64,000 nucleotides of DNA from Calcarisporiella thermophila CBS 279.70. Its lineage: Eukaryota; Fungi; Calcarisporiellomycota. Below the pieces are notes generated by a model. It did not search any database. It worked only from the letters and a program-made list of their open reading frames with translations, and was not told where the DNA came from. Below, in pieces: positions 13,234 to 27,724 of the stretch; the stretch's first letter is position 1; each line of letters begins with the position of its first letter. The stretch is taken from contig NW_027192217.1 of NCBI RefSeq assembly GCF_041956535.1, forward strand, positions 178,196-242,195. The letters run 5' to 3'. A program made the position numbers and the translations under genes.

Positions 13234-14260
13234 ATGACAGATCAAGGTGGATGGAGAAACCAGTTCTACGATCGCGTGCGTAGACGCCTCCTTAACGAGT
13301 CAGAGACCCTCATTCGACGGAAACGACGGCGGATCGATGACACTGGAAATTCTCAAGAAGACATCCATCTAGGAGACGACTCATTAACCTCGCCTCTGAG
13401 CAAAGAGGCACGTTTATACTCCATTCTTGTCGACTATCGAATTGACTAACCCATTCTTTTATGGCTTGTCTATACTCGATAGGATCACTGTAAATTGATC
13501 GAACAAGAGTGGGCTGCTTTCTACCAGGATTCAATTGCCTCCACTAGTATCAATCTATCGCCCTCATCTTCTATTAATTCTCACAACAGCGATGAATTCG
13601 CTATTATGGATGACAGTATTGCTTTCATTCGTAAGCTAATCCGGGGCACACCAGAATATGATGCCTTTTTTCAAAAACTACAAGATGAGGCCATGCGACA
13701 AATACTTTCTGAAATTGGACTCAAAGGTATATATTGGCCAAGAAAAACGTTTGATTCGGATGGATTATGCTGAATACAGAGTTCTTTTCATAATCGTTTC
13801 CCTCTAGACAAGGATCCAATTTCAACAACCAGCAGTCGCCTTGGACGCAACGAGGAAACTCGAGAGAATCCTGTATCCGCCTCATTTCCATGTCCAGTTT
13901 GCAAGACACAGCATTCCCTCTTTCGCGCAAGTACCTTAATATTCTGCACAAAATGCCAACTCAGAATCGATACACGTATGGACAGCATTACGTTTGCATT
14001 CCTTCAGACACGTATGAAAGAGTCGGAAGAGCTTCACAGGTAATTTCCGATGTTTCGGTTTAGACTCTATTTGGATTGCACTGAGTGCGAAAAAGTCATG
14101 GATACCCCTCCCATTTATAGTCACTAATTTGTGATCATTTTGTAGTTCTCAGTGCAAACATCAGCCGTTTGTGGATGCAAAGTCATTCACTGGATTTTCT
14201 TCCGAGCAGTCTCTCATCATGTCGTGTGATGAATGTGGATTCCTTGAAATCATACTGTAA
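13234..14260 (+). CDS. RPA-interacting protein (RPAIN/RIP)-like
   Basis: N-terminal WRNQFYDRVRRRL basic motif, acidic middle, C-terminal Cys pairs ending LIMSCDECGFLEIIL*. Start approximate. Confidence 0.65.
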
Positions 14261-15153
14261 TATTTCCTTTGTGATGCTAAGCTTTATACATTTATAAACT
14301 AGTTAATTCCGGTCTTGTAGAGGATCTTGCTATCTATTTAGTGGCTCGATTTATTATTTTATTATTATTCTTATTATTATTTGCAGTGTAATTACGTCCA
14401 TGCATTCTTCTATATTATACCCTTTTTGACCAAGTGCTTTCTCCCTAGTTCCGTTTTCTACCCTTCTTTTTTTTTTTAAGCTCTTTAATTTAGTTCGAAT
14501 ATTAGAATACAAGTAGAGCATAGCAGCAGTGGGAAGACACTTGTCATTTTATTTATCCGTGCAATATGGGCACAGACTACAACGTGGGCTCTGCCCTTAA
14601 CAAATGACGTAGCCATGAAAGGAATTCCTGACAGGGTCGTATTCGTGATCCAGTTCCCCACTGGCGCTAATTCTTTAACTATTTGTTGAATTTCCATATA
14701 GGACCCTTTCTTCAGCTATTTCCCTTGTATATTTCACCCGTCTAATCCAATTTCACGGATCTTCTGAATGCTTGGGTCCTACTCCGACCGTTATCAAAGC
14801 AGAAGAACGAATACTCGGTATTCATTTTTTCGCAAATGGAAATTCGAGGGGACAAGTTTACGGGTTAATTTTAAGGCGTGAAGGAAATTAGGATTCCCGT
14901 ATGCCCTTTTTGCAAGTGGGTCCGCAGAGCAATATTAATGAGATATATAGAGGAGGACGAGAGATTTTTGCTCTTTAACCGCCTTTTTCTTTCTTCCCTC
15001 CCTCGGCTCTACTCTGTATCTTGCACTCTTTGAAAGGTGTATAGGATATCAACCCCATTCGCTTTCTTTTCTCTAATTCTTTGGCATACGAGTCTCTTGA
15101 ATTCGGCAACTGCGTCTTCCACATTCCCTTCTCCGTCGAGGAAAGAAAAGAAA

Positions 15154-15937
15154 ATGTTCAGGATTCTAAGCTCGCTCGCACTTGTGCTATTTATCTATGT
15201 TGGGCTGACTCCTGTTTTAGTTGCTGGCAACGGTATGATGGTAAGTGTTCCCGCAGTTGAATGGAGAAATGCCTCAAACTTCGAATGTACATTCATGAAT
15301 GCTTACCCGGATTCCTTAATCCCTTTAGACAAACACCCCTCCTCGTCTTGTTGAGGGTGATGCAGAGAGAGGTTTCCCTGTTGCAACAGGCGCAAACAAC
15401 CGTCCGCCGTGCGGTGGCCTTCAGCGTGGAGAGACAAAGGGACAATTCAAAGAGGGAGGCAAGCTTCCCCTGAATTGGGCTATCAAGACCCCCCGCGGAG
15501 GCCCCTGTTTGTTTGAGCTCTCTACCAACGGGCAAGACTCCAACTTCCGCCCTATTCTGAAGGTAAACAAGTGCGGGGACAAGGCCGGAGACGACAACAC
15601 TCAAATTAACCTACCTCGTGGGCTGACCTGTGACCAATGCACGGTACGGTTCCGGTGGGTAAGCCAACGGCCGAGACTCAACTTCGTCAACTGCGCGGAC
15701 ATCAGCATCACAGGAAGAGGGCCCGGGGAACAGCTGCCTGGTCGCGGAGGTTTCAATGGGTTTGGCGGGGGTCGCGGGGGGCAACAGTTCCGCGGAAATC
15801 GTGTTGGGCGACGAGTAGCACCTCGCTCAGAAACGAACACAACGGTGCACGTGCTTCCTCGCGAGCTGCTGCCGATAGACGAGGAGTTCGAGCAGCTTTG
15901 GCACGAAGCACTCGTGGCCAATGAGCGCATAGACTAA
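15154..15937 (+). CDS. Secreted LPMO-fold (AA11-like) protein lacking the His brace
   Basis: Signal peptide, phase-0 intron 15241-15328, then NGMMTNTPPR..PPCGG..GGPCLFELS..LPRGLTCDQCTVRFRW..FVNCADISI and a Gly/Arg-rich tail. Confidence 0.75.
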
Positions 15938-16514
15938 TCTACTAATCCTCTAATTGCTGTACGCCCATATATCATCTGTCTCATGGCCCGGCTCTCTGTA
16001 TTTCATGATCTCCCCTGTTGCTAGATATGCATTCGCCCTAGTGGCCTTCTTATAGCATTGCATTTAACTTATTTCAACATAGCCTTATCCTGAAGTCCCC
16101 ATTGAAATAAAATTGTATATGTGTATTGAAGACAAGGTTTGGCCCCCATTGTTATAGGAGGTAGATGTCTGTGTAGTCACACCCATATGCAATCTCGATA
16201 TAATCTAGCAAGGCTATGCTAGCCCCCTAAAAGTTTACGATTTTCAAGTGTATAAGTTGTGTTGATTAAATCTTTGCTTGTCACATGGGCTGGGCCGAGA
16301 ATTTCCCTTTAATCGGCGTTCATGAGTTACGTAGAATTTTTCGGCGATTTAACTGTAAAATGTATTCATCTCTATAGCGAGGCAAGTAACGGTTGAACTT
16401 CCGTTAAATTCGTATAGCAAATTACAGTAAATCATTAGGCGTTTTATTTTAGTTGACGCCCTATCCCTCCCGTATCTGATTTGCCGCGCTTTCGCTCTTT
16501 ATAGTGAGATCACC

Positions 16515-18865
16515 ATGGGTTTACTCTCTCTGGGAACACCCCTTTCGTGGAACAAGGCGAAGTTATTTGCGGATCATGTACGCCAGCATGGAATCGACCA
16601 ATTCCTGAACAATTATCAGAAAGTCAAAGATAAAAGCAAGGATAGGTTGCTATGGGGAGATGAGGTGATATGCACTCTCCTGTTTCTCTTAAATTTCCAA
16701 AAAATTAAATGGAGCTTTTTTCGAATTCAGGTTGAATATATGGTGGTGCATTTTGATGACGAGTCGAAGAATGCAAGACTCTCACTGCGAGTGTTTGAAT
16801 TTTTGGACGAGCTACAGAAAGAGGAAAATGAATCGCAAGCCGGCCATAATCCAACGTAAATTGAGCTTAGGAGAGAGAGGGGAGGGAGGATGGAGATCGT
16901 TTACATTCTAACTGACTCCTATTCCTTCAACCCTATAGCAAATTACTTACCGCCTGGCGCCCTGAATATGGCCGTTATATGCTCGAGGGTACCCCTGGCT
17001 CTCCGTATGGCTCGACGCTCCGAGAACTCCTTCTCGTCGAGGAAAATATGCGTTTACGGCGTGAGCAAGCTCAAGCATATATGAAGCCAAATGAATATCC
17101 CATTACGTTGACAAGTTTTCCTCGTCTCGGGTGTCCAGACTCGCTCGATCCGCCACATATAGCAAATGGGGAGGCAAGTCGGAGCATGTTCGTGCCGGAC
17201 GAGGCTATCAACCCACATGCAAGATTTCCGTGAGCATCAATTCTTTTTTTTTCTGGCTCACAAGAGTGTTCTTATTATTATTTATATGATTGGTTAGTAC
17301 TCTGGCAGCGAATATACGCCAACGACGTGGATCCAAAGTTGCCATCAATGTCCCCATTTACCATGACGTGAATACACCTCGCCCCTTTATCGATCCCTCT
17401 ATACCTTGGGATCGCACCTTTTTTCCCGAGGATAAGGAGGCGAAAATGGGAGCGGCTAAGCCTGATCATATCTACTTGGATGCAATGTGCTTTGGTATGG
17501 GGTGCTGCTGTCTACAGATCACATTTCAAGCGTGTGACATTGATGAGGCCCGCCGTTTGTATGATCAACTGGCACCGCTAGGTCCAATCATGGTGGGCTA
17601 ACAATTTCTATCAAAATTATACACCAAGACATACAATAAACCTGAATATTATAGCTCGCCTTGACAGCTGCGGCTCCGATATGGCGTGGCTATCTGTCCG
17701 ACATTGATTGCCGCTGGAATGTTATAGCAGGAAGCGTTGATGATCGTACACCCGAGGAACGGGGACTGGAGCCTCTAAAGAAAGATCGGTTTGTGGTCCC
17801 GAAATCTCGTTATGATTCGATTGATTGCTACCTGTCGCGTGATCCGGAATTGAAGCCAGAGTACAATGATATACCGTTGGTGATTGACGAGGATATCTGC
17901 AAGAAATTAATAGACAATGGTATAACCATGGTAGCAAAACCAAGGAGACAGGTCTAACCTGAAAAATTTCTTGGTATCATCAATAGGGATAGATGAACTT
18001 CTTGCTCGGCATATTGCTCACCTCTTCATTCGGGACCCCTTAGTCATCTACGAGGAGCTTTTGGATCAAGACGACAGCATTTCCTCGGACCACTTTGAGA
18101 ACATTCAGTCGACAAACTGGCAAACGATGCGTTTCAAGCCTCCTCCCCCCAACAGCAATATTGGCTGGCGGGTCGAGTTTCGTTCTATGGAGATCCAAAT
18201 CACTGATTTTGAAAACGCGGCTTTCGCAATTTTCATCGTTTTGCTTACCAGGGTCATCTTGAGTTTCAGGCTGAATTTTTACATCCCAATCTCGAAGGTA
18301 TGGTACTGCTATTGATAGAGTTCCCTTTGTGGTTGTTGAGTGAATCAAGCTTTCTTTATAGGTCGATGCAAACATGAAGAAAGCTCATGGACGAGGGGCT
18401 GTTCTCAACGACCTATTTTATTTCCGCAAAAATATCTACACGCCCTATGCTCGTGAAAATTCTCACGGCACATCCTCTTGTAATAGTAATCATGCTGACC
18501 AGAACTCTTCTGCCCATCCCGTGGAGGATGAATATGATCTATTCACCATTAACGACATTGTCAATGGATCTCCGGACTTTCCCGGTCTTATTCCTTTAGT
18601 AAAAGCCTATCTGAATTCGGTCAACGTGGACCTCGAGACCCGATGTGTGCTCTGCAAATACCTCACCCTCGTGAGCAAGCGTGCAAGTGGGGAGCTTGCC
18701 ACGACTGCTACATGGATGCGTGATTTTGTACGGGCACACCCTCAGTACAAGGGCGATTCTTATGTCAGTCAGGAAATCAACTACGATCTTTTGAAGACGC
18801 TCGAGGAGATTAGGCGCGGGGAACGAGAGGCTCCAGAGCTCTTGGGACGCTGCCTGCGTAAATAG
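16515..18865 (+). CDS. GSH1: Glutamate-cysteine ligase catalytic subunit
   Basis: [67 protein letters not shown]. Confidence 0.97.
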
Positions 18866-19669
18866 TTAAAATAGAAGGCTTTTTAGATGTGTTTACCTGT
18901 ACATATATGTGATTATTTGATCTATGGTGTCCAATATTACACGCTCAGTTTTACTATCGCTTGGTCGCAACACACGGTATCCCCGCTGAATAGTCATCTT
19001 TAAGTGCTCGACCATTCTGCAGCGAAATATATATCCTCAGGAAAACTATCCAATCCGGGTGAATTTTGACCAACTTTCCTTTGTATTTTTGTAACATGTA
19101 AAGTCGGCGATATATCGACATTATTCGTATTTCATCAAAATTCACTTGTTTTTTGTGGGATCGTATGTAGAATTAAAAGTGTTGTATTTATACTCTCGTG
19201 TTATAGGAAGATGTCTTCCTTTGTAAATGCAGTTCTTTGACCAGAATTGGACCCTGTTGTCGACTACTAATACAAAGCACATCCTTGTACCGACCATTAT
19301 TGCGGATGTGTATTCGAGAAAGTCCCTTCTCGCCCTCCTGGACAATTGAAAACAGGCAGGACATGGGAAATATTTAAAGTCCGCAACAATATTACAGATT
19401 AATCCCATTCGTCATGCATTCTTATACACAATACACCCACGCATATGTATATAGAGAAGAGAAGTATATAATATGTGAGGTGTAGTGATACACACAATAG
19501 GCTAGAGAATTGCTAACAAATAACAAAGAAATAATAATCCTTTTCACCCGTGTTATCGTGTTCCAATCTTTCAACAAAAGGGAGGGAGGGAGAGGAGAAT
19601 AAAAGAGCATGCACAAGAAAAGAAAGCGCGAAAAGAAAAATGAACAAAAAAGGGGGGGGGGGGGGCTAT

Positions 19670-22453
19670 TTACAAGAGTTCCGCATCCTCCAAATACCGG
19701 TACTCAAACCGGAATTCGGTTTTTTTGCGTTGGCACCATGCAGCTTCATAGTCAAAATAAATATAAGTTCCCTCTTCGTATTCGTCTGTAATAACCCGAG
19801 GCTCTTCATGGCGCTGGAACCAAGTCAGATATTTTTTGTGGAAACGCCATGATTGGCGTTTTAGTTCCCTAGCGGCTAGATACTGCTGAAAAGTACCTTG
19901 TTGGTAATAGAATATGAAAAAGATAGTGTCGATGTCGAGCTTTTCAAGAAGGTTTGGATTGTCGAATATAGGCAGCGGTTGCTGGGGGTAGGACGCTGGC
20001 GTTGAGTATGGATGGCGAGGGATGTAGTGTTTCGGGCTAAATTAACAAAGAAGAGCCAGCACGATAGGAGTTAGGTCAGAAAGTTGGCTAAACTCAGAGA
20101 GGAATAAAAAAGATTACCGCTCGATATCCATATAATCGGGAGCAAACTGCAAGCTCGTTTCTAGCATGAGGTGGGTGTACCCAATATCATTCCTATTGTG
20201 TACTAGATTCAAAGCGTATGAATGATTACATGATATCGACTTTGAAAAGAAAATCTGTTCACTTACACTTTTCTTTTGCAGCATCATAAGTAGGTACAAG
20301 ATCTGCCAATGTAGCCGGTAGCTTATCTGGATCCTCCATCATTTTACCAGCTGATATCATTGACGCTTCGTCTACGTTTGCAGGTCTGGCCGCCTGGAGC
20401 TGAGACTCCGAAATGTTCGAAGCAACAGAGATAGGAGTAGAAGTGGGTTCTATTGGATTCTCGGATAACATTCCGCCAGTCTCATTTTCCAGCGCTCTAT
20501 CCTGCATCGGCTGCTGATTTTGTTGAGGTTGCGGCTGTGGTAACACAGTAGACTGTGGAGGCTCTTGTAGTGGAGGTGTATTAGTAGATTGGGAGTTCTG
20601 CAGGGTTGAGGGCTTGACTGGCTGCTAGGAGGGAGCTAAGTTAGAGGTTTCAAAACAAAATTCCAACAAATATGAAGATCGTACTTGGTCATCGGTAGGG
20701 TTTTGAATTTCTTCATTCGTGCTGATCATGGCAGATCGCGTTGCCTCCTCGGTTTCCGGCTGCACTGTTGGAGATTGTTCGGGCGCCTGTGATTGCGCGG
20801 CGGTTTGCGTAGAATCAAGCGTGGCATTATTGGTCGTAGGCGAGATGATATTTCGTTGTGCCGAAGGCTGTTGGCTGGCGGCAACGCTGGCATATCGCTG
20901 TTGCGGCAGAGGCTGTGATATGGTTCCAGAAGCAACTGGTCTTGGAGATTGGCTGCTGAGACCTGCTCGAGGAAGAACGGGCGAGGTCGAAGATTGGTTT
21001 GTAGAAGGTTCTAAAGGAACAGGGAAAAATAAACAATTTGACAAAATATATTAATGTGATGGTCGCTTACTTCGTTGAGGCGCAGGGGGTTGCTTGACGG
21101 ATTTTGATGAAAGCGTAGGAGATTGCTATTTAATATAAGAATTTAATAATAAGTATTATGTTACATATGTTTACTTGGTAAAAATATATACCTCTTCGTC
21201 TTTGGACCCTTGCTCCGAGATCGAACTTTCCCTCAATGGTTTCTGCGTTGTAAATCTTTTGTTATTCTCCTGTTCATTGAGTTAGACATTTTCTTAAAAA
21301 CACTATTACCTCCTTTTGGCCTTTGTTCTCTAAATTTTCATGTCACTTTTATGTTAGTAAAAATAGGATATCCATCTATCAACGACTCTACATTTACCTT
21401 CTACAGAGGCGTCGTCTTTTGCCAAGCTGCCAAGATAGTCTTCACTCGGCATAGCGAATAATTCTTCCTCCTCTTCTAGGTCAAGATCATCGTAAATCCC
21501 TTCATCCTCCATGAAATCCTCATCCTGATTGTTATCCACATAATATCTCACGTCTTCTTGAATATTGGTAACCTTTGGTTAAAGCGTGAAAATTAGATTA
21601 GGAGACATCCAAAATGCGAAAATTCTGTCTACGACAATACTTTTTCTACTGGAATCTTTCCATTCTCCAACAACCTCATAATTAACTCTAGTCTCCCGGT
21701 ATGCCATTTATGCTGCTCTACTCTGTGCTCGATATCTGAAAGCCTTTCTTGCTTTGCTGATTCCTTGCGGCTCTTCTTAAGTACGGTCTGCAGAGTTTCT
21801 ATTTCAGCCTCGAGAGATTCGATTTGCATTCCAAGCTCATCGACGCATTGAGTAATCCATGCCATACAATCTGCTTTCTCCTTTTCCTTTGGATCCAACT
21901 TCATAGATTGACTTAACCCTTCCTTGGAGTATGCTTTGGTTTTCATTTCCTTTTCGCAGGCCTTGAAACGCTCCATTTGCTGTAATAGATTGGAATTATA
22001 TTGAAATATAATGGCATCACGTTGCGAAAAAAAAAGAGATATAATACCTGTTCTATCATCTTCCTATTTTCAATTAGTGCTGTTTTATCTTTGATTTCAT
22101 TTGATGAAATCCATGTTCGAATCTGGTCGCGTAGTCGTTGTAATTTCTTAATTTCTTTTTTAAGGTCTTGTTCGAGCTTTTCTTTCTGGTTCTGGCTAGG
22201 AGCCGCGTGTAATTTGTCGAAGATCTCCTCGAACGTCTCAACCCCCTCAGCAACCTTCTTTAACACACGCTCAACCTCAGCTTTAAAAATAAAGAGAAGC
22301 AAAAAGAACAATAGATTAGCATTTCGCGCTTAATAACTGATAAAAACGATGTCAGATTTAAAACATCAGAAAGGAGCAATTAAACAATGAAAAAAGTAGA
22401 AGTAGAGATTAACGCAAAATCTAGTACTCACATTGTAGTTTTCTATTTGCCAT
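19670..22453 (-). CDS. NOT3: CCR4-NOT complex subunit Not3/Not5
   Basis: [63 protein letters not shown]; C-terminal NOT box ending F.FEYRYLED. Confidence 0.93.
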
Positions 22454-23406
22454 CCCGTAACTAGGCTAATTCTTCTCTGACATTAAAACTTGGACTAATT
22501 TTTTGATCAATACACTATGGAATCTCGTATCCCTATAGTCATTAAAAAAGGAGAGTTGCTACGTCACAAGAGTCAGTTAAAAAACAATTAATAAGCTTGA
22601 TTTAATTTTATTAAGATTGCAGAGGGTCATATCTTCGCGATCATCCTCCGACCGATACGCTAGGCACCACCTGCCGAGGACTTGCGATACGACGACCATG
22701 GGCCTATTTGTCTTATATGTTTGGCTATCGGTTGTGTGGCGGCTTGGCTCCCTCGTGCTTTTGTGTCCGTTGCGTCCCTTTCCAGCGGGTATTCATTAGT
22801 TTTGAGGAAGCCTTCTTTTCTAATTACTAGACCCTGGTGCTGAAGTTTACTCCCAAATAATTTACATATCTCTCTTTGATTATGGGGCAAGCTTTGCAGC
22901 TCTTTAAACCTTGCGTTGCCTACTGGTTGTAGCCTGTGAAACAGCATCGAGTAGAATATTAAAGGCACCTATTCCTCGATGGAATAACCTACTATAGATC
23001 CAAGTAGATGCGTGAATCTAGAATGGTGCTTTAACTAGAAATAAAAGCAATATCCCACTAGGAAATATTGTAACCTCCGGATAGGAACAGGCCTATTCAA
23101 TATAATCTGGGTAGCTTATTTAGCAACCCAGTAGGTGCGTAAAACCACGCGTACTCCAATGTATTTTTATTACAGTCACGCAAGGAAAAAAGACAGAGAT
23201 TACCCCGCATAGAATAAAGACAAAGCAGTAGTAAACCGTAAGAAGGACGTAGTGAAGAGAGCAAAACAAAATAGCAAAGCGACAAAAACACAAAAAAGAA
23301 AAAGCAATTAAAACAACTCTATATATACTTTCCCGCTTGGATAAAAATCAAATAAAAGCAAAAGAAAACAAAAGAAAACGAGATTGATTAAACTCGCACG
23401 CTAACC

Positions 23407-25050
23407 TCAGTGTTTATGCCAAAGAGTTAAACGGGTCTGGTCAGCACCCAATTCCTCGGTTTTCCGCCTACCTCGAGGGGCGGAGGTCGCCTTTGTAGTC
23501 GTATTATTAGGCGAAGTATCCGATAGCTTATCGAGACCATTAGAGTTTGCCTGCTTGGATTTTGAAGCTGTCTTTGAACGAGAGCGGGAGGGTTTGGTGG
23601 TGGGGTCTTTTACTTTTTTAGTCACGCCTTTTGTATCTACCTTGCGTGGCCTTCCCACTTTCCCAGTCCTTCCCTTTTTCTCATTATTCGCGAGAGTCGA
23701 TGATTTAGTCGCACGGAAGTTGAGTTTTGTCTGCACCACTACCATGTTGTTTAAGAGCTCAATCCGACCCTTCTTCCTCTCTGTTTCAGCAGGGTCATCT
23801 TCCGCCGGACGCTTCACATGCTTAGTCTCTAATTGTGTCAATTCGTCCTCTGAAGCTTCATTTTCTCCGCTTAACAGCTCGATAGCTTGATCCGCATCGC
23901 CAATAAAATGATAATCAAAAACACCATCCCATTCGCTCCGTGCAAGGGCAACTCTATTTACAAATATAACCGTTCCCCCGCGCGCGTGAACGCACTTTGC
24001 CATCTCCTTTACTAGCCGTTTAATGCCAGGAACTTTAAGAGAAGTTCCCATGATAATCAACAGATCGGGATTTTTGCGAAGATCGAATTCACTCAACTCC
24101 CCAATTAGTGATCCGTGCGGGTGCTGCTCATTATACAATACAATGTCCGGACGCAGAAAGCCAGAAGGTCTTGAGCGCATCCCCATAATATCCCTTACTT
24201 GCTGCTGCTCCATACAGGATGGGCAGTCTGGTGGGTCCCCAGCACGAAAAGCGCGCCGCACTTCTTCATCGAAAATGTACCGATTGTGGCATACAGTGCA
24301 TACCACATGATCTAAATCCCCATGTAATAATACTGCACGTGTAGCTGCTTTATTACTAGGATCAATACGAGTTTCCAGGCCAACCCGCTTTTCAAGCGAA
24401 TCGATGTTCTGAGAATAACAGCGTAGAAGCTTTCCCTGAGCATCCAAAGATTTAAGGAATCGGTGAGCTGCTGTATCCTGCGCTTGCAAAATACGCTCTT
24501 TGAACTCGGCAATAAAGTGATAAAAGATGCGCGTAGTGGTTGGATTCTAAGTTTGAATAAAGATATATCATGGTTCAGCAAAGCTTCATGAACATATTCA
24601 AGAGCTTCAAAAGCATGCCAATAGGAGCACACCATAGATATTTCTAAACATTTACCAGAAATAATGTTGCATCAAACAAGTCTTTGCCACTGACCACTGA
24701 CTTTGGATATTTCTCTTTCAAGAGAGCAAAGAGACCGTCTGTGGAACGGAAATCGGGAATGCCAGCGGAAACAGAAACTCCAGCGCCTATCAGACAAAAG
24801 GAAAAGTGAATTAGAACTGTGATTGATGTATAAGAGATGAAAAGACCATAATAGGTCCTCTAGGAGCTGGATAGGCATGCTCTCTTTAATCTCCATGCTA
24901 TTTCAGCCTCATTTTGGTACTGATAAACACAAAAAAATAATTACCCGTAATGGCGACACAGCGCCGACATTTTTTGATGGCGTTGCGCACCTTTTTGATG
25001 TGCTCGCTAATGCTCTCGAAAGTCGAGTCAAGGGGAACAGAAACTGTCAT
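23407..25050 (-). CDS. Hst3/Hst4-class sirtuin (NAD-dependent deacetylase)
   Basis: GAGVSVSAGIPDFRS, YSQNIDSLE, LHGDL..CTVC..CPSC, LRPDIVLYNEQHP, GTSLKVPG. Confidence 0.92.
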
Positions 25051-25363
25051 ATTATTTAGTCACAGTGTGTTGTATACATTAAAGAAGAGGCGAATCAAAA
25101 TGGATGGAATAAGAAAAGGCGTGGGTTTAAGCAAAACTCGAACAAAAAGAGTGAGAAACCTATGCGGTGAAAAAAATTTTAACTTAATAATTTTTGACGC
25201 TGCTGATTATGTTGTGACAGCGAAAGTGACGATTTCTAAAACTGTTCTTAAAACTCTTGCACTTTCATTACTAGTCGATTTATTCACTTACCATTACCAC
25301 CCATCTACGCTGGTATAAATTATAGGTGACCTGTTGCTAGTACCTATAATTATCATTTCCTAG

Positions 25364-26320
25364 ATGTCTGATATCGAGAGTGACACGCTAGCTACACCCC
25401 ACATTCAGACCAATACCCAAGAATCTTCACACGAGCAAGTGATTGACGAAGAAATAATAGACGAAAGGGGCGAAGATGGGGACGAGGAGGTGGAGGAAGA
25501 GGGAGAGGAATTTGAAGTGGAGAAAATTTTAAAACATCGTAGATCTGGAAAAGTAAGTTGAATTCTCCTTGGTAATTATAAAGCTCCAAATTGAAATGCA
25601 AGTTTATATCCGTTAACCTATCCATACATTAAACCAACAGACCATAAAATATTTGTTGAAATGGAAGGGCTATTCCGACTCAGAAAACACATGGGAGGAT
25701 GAGAAAAACCTGTAAAGCCGCGCTTTTTTCTTCCTATGTCGTATATCTTACATTTTCTATATCCCTTTTAGAACTGGGGCAAAAGATTTAATCGAAGAGT
25801 ATTGGCAAGAACACAGAGAACGGAATACTAGCGCGAGTAGGAGTGGATCCTCGCGTAATAGTCGAACAAGAACGTCAGGTGTCTCAAAGAACAAAAAGAA
25901 GAGACGACTTGTTAGTGGTAGCTCATTGAAAAACCAAGATTTATGGAGGCGGAGTAAGGACTGGGAGGCCGATGTAAAGGAAGTGATTACCGTAGAATGG
26001 CAGCCCGATAAGAAGACTAAAGAGGTGGCCCCGCATGCATATTTGAGATGGTATTTCTTATTCATCCTTTTTTATTTACCCCCCAACTTCTGATTGCTTA
26101 TTTGGCTGAATCATTTTCGCTCCTATAGGCACTCCGGCGAAACAACATGTCACCGCATTCATATCGCTTATCAAAGATGCCCTCAGAAGGTACCCCTCAT
26201 ACATAATTTTAAGATGCTTAGCCATGTTTATAACTATCGCACCCATCTTTATATTTTCTTGCATAGATGATTAAGTACTTTGAAGGACGCATTCAGATAG
26301 TCCCTATCTCAAATAGCTAG
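25364..26320 (+). CDS. HP1/Swi6-like chromodomain plus chromoshadow protein
   Basis: EEEFEVEKILKHR, YLLKWKGYSDSENTWEDE chromodomain; C-terminal DWEADVKEVITVE..RCPQKMIKYFEGRI chromoshadow. Confidence 0.9.
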
Positions 26321-27724
26321 ATGCTATTGGAATTTTTTTATGGTGTTATGATAAACTCATTGTAATTCAATATTATAATCTAATCATCACAATTGAAAAC
26401 ACGTTCTACTGATCAAATACATATATATATTGTTGTTATATTAAACGGTATCTTGGATTCTTCTGACAACTAGGATACGATGCAGCTTTCTCCACCTATA
26501 AAAGTTTGTATCAGTTTTCAACCATATTTTTTATATTGTCGACATGACACCATTGCGTGAGAAAAAGCTCATAATTACACCATACGGAGACCAATAAAAA
26601 TCACTCTAGTCCTCGCCACCATCCACCATTGTTTGCAGAGCCCGATAACGGGGCCATTTTGGTATTATTTAATTTTGTACTTTTTCTCAACCCTCCAGCA
26701 TCTTTTTGTTTTCTTTCCACACCAATCAATAGAATTGCTCACACATGGATTTATTCGAATAGCGAGAAGTAACCTAAGAAGAAAACCATTGTGACTAGTT
26801 TGCTGAGAAGAAGCGTAAAATTTTCAAGCCCGTCTCTCACCAAAAAGCCTAAAGCTATTAAAATAATAGCTTGTTATATAGTATATTTGGCTAGTAATGT
26901 TGATCCCTGTGATCCAATTGCTATCCCTAAGCTCTCTATCGCTCTTCCCCAAACACTTCGGTAGGTTTAGATGACGCAAGAATTGATCGTGTAATCATTA
27001 AAAAACACAATTATTGTAGATAATAGACAAACTTTCTTATAAAGATGATGTATCACAAATATAGATGAGATAATCAAGTAAAAGAAGGTAATCGAAAGAT
27101 GAAAAGATAGCTCCAAGAAAATTAATATATCAATAGGACTTTCCAAAGGTACGTATTAATCTAATAATCTAATATTAATGAAATATCCAAATAAGCTACT
27201 AACTCCATCCTTCACCCTACTGCCATATCAATCCATATTGTACCAATTTTCCTCACGAAAAGTCCACTGATACTCTCACTACAGGAGGTATATATCCCCC
27301 TTACTATGCATTGAGATTTCCATAGTTTCTCTAGCCCGATCCATAGCGCTGGGCTATTATATTTGGATCTCGAAAAACTGGCGCTCGAATTTTCAAAAAG
27401 TGCAAACAATCTTTTAACAGATATGCTCTGGTTCCTTTCTCTGAACGTTTCACCATACACACTACTTTGCACATGAATTAGTGCTAGGGTGTGGAGCTAT
27501 GAAGAAAAAATCTATTGTATAAGGTACGATAGCCCCTTCAACATGTAACAGTAACAGCAGCGTAACAGTAGCGTCATTTCGCAAAAGATACATAAAGATC
27601 CCCTTTTTCGCGCTTTTTGCCACTAGTTATCGTCAATTTATCACTTGCTCGACGTACTAAAGTTATCCGATTAGGTGATCTTCCACAATAAATGATATGT
27701 TACAATTTGGCTCTAACTGCCATT

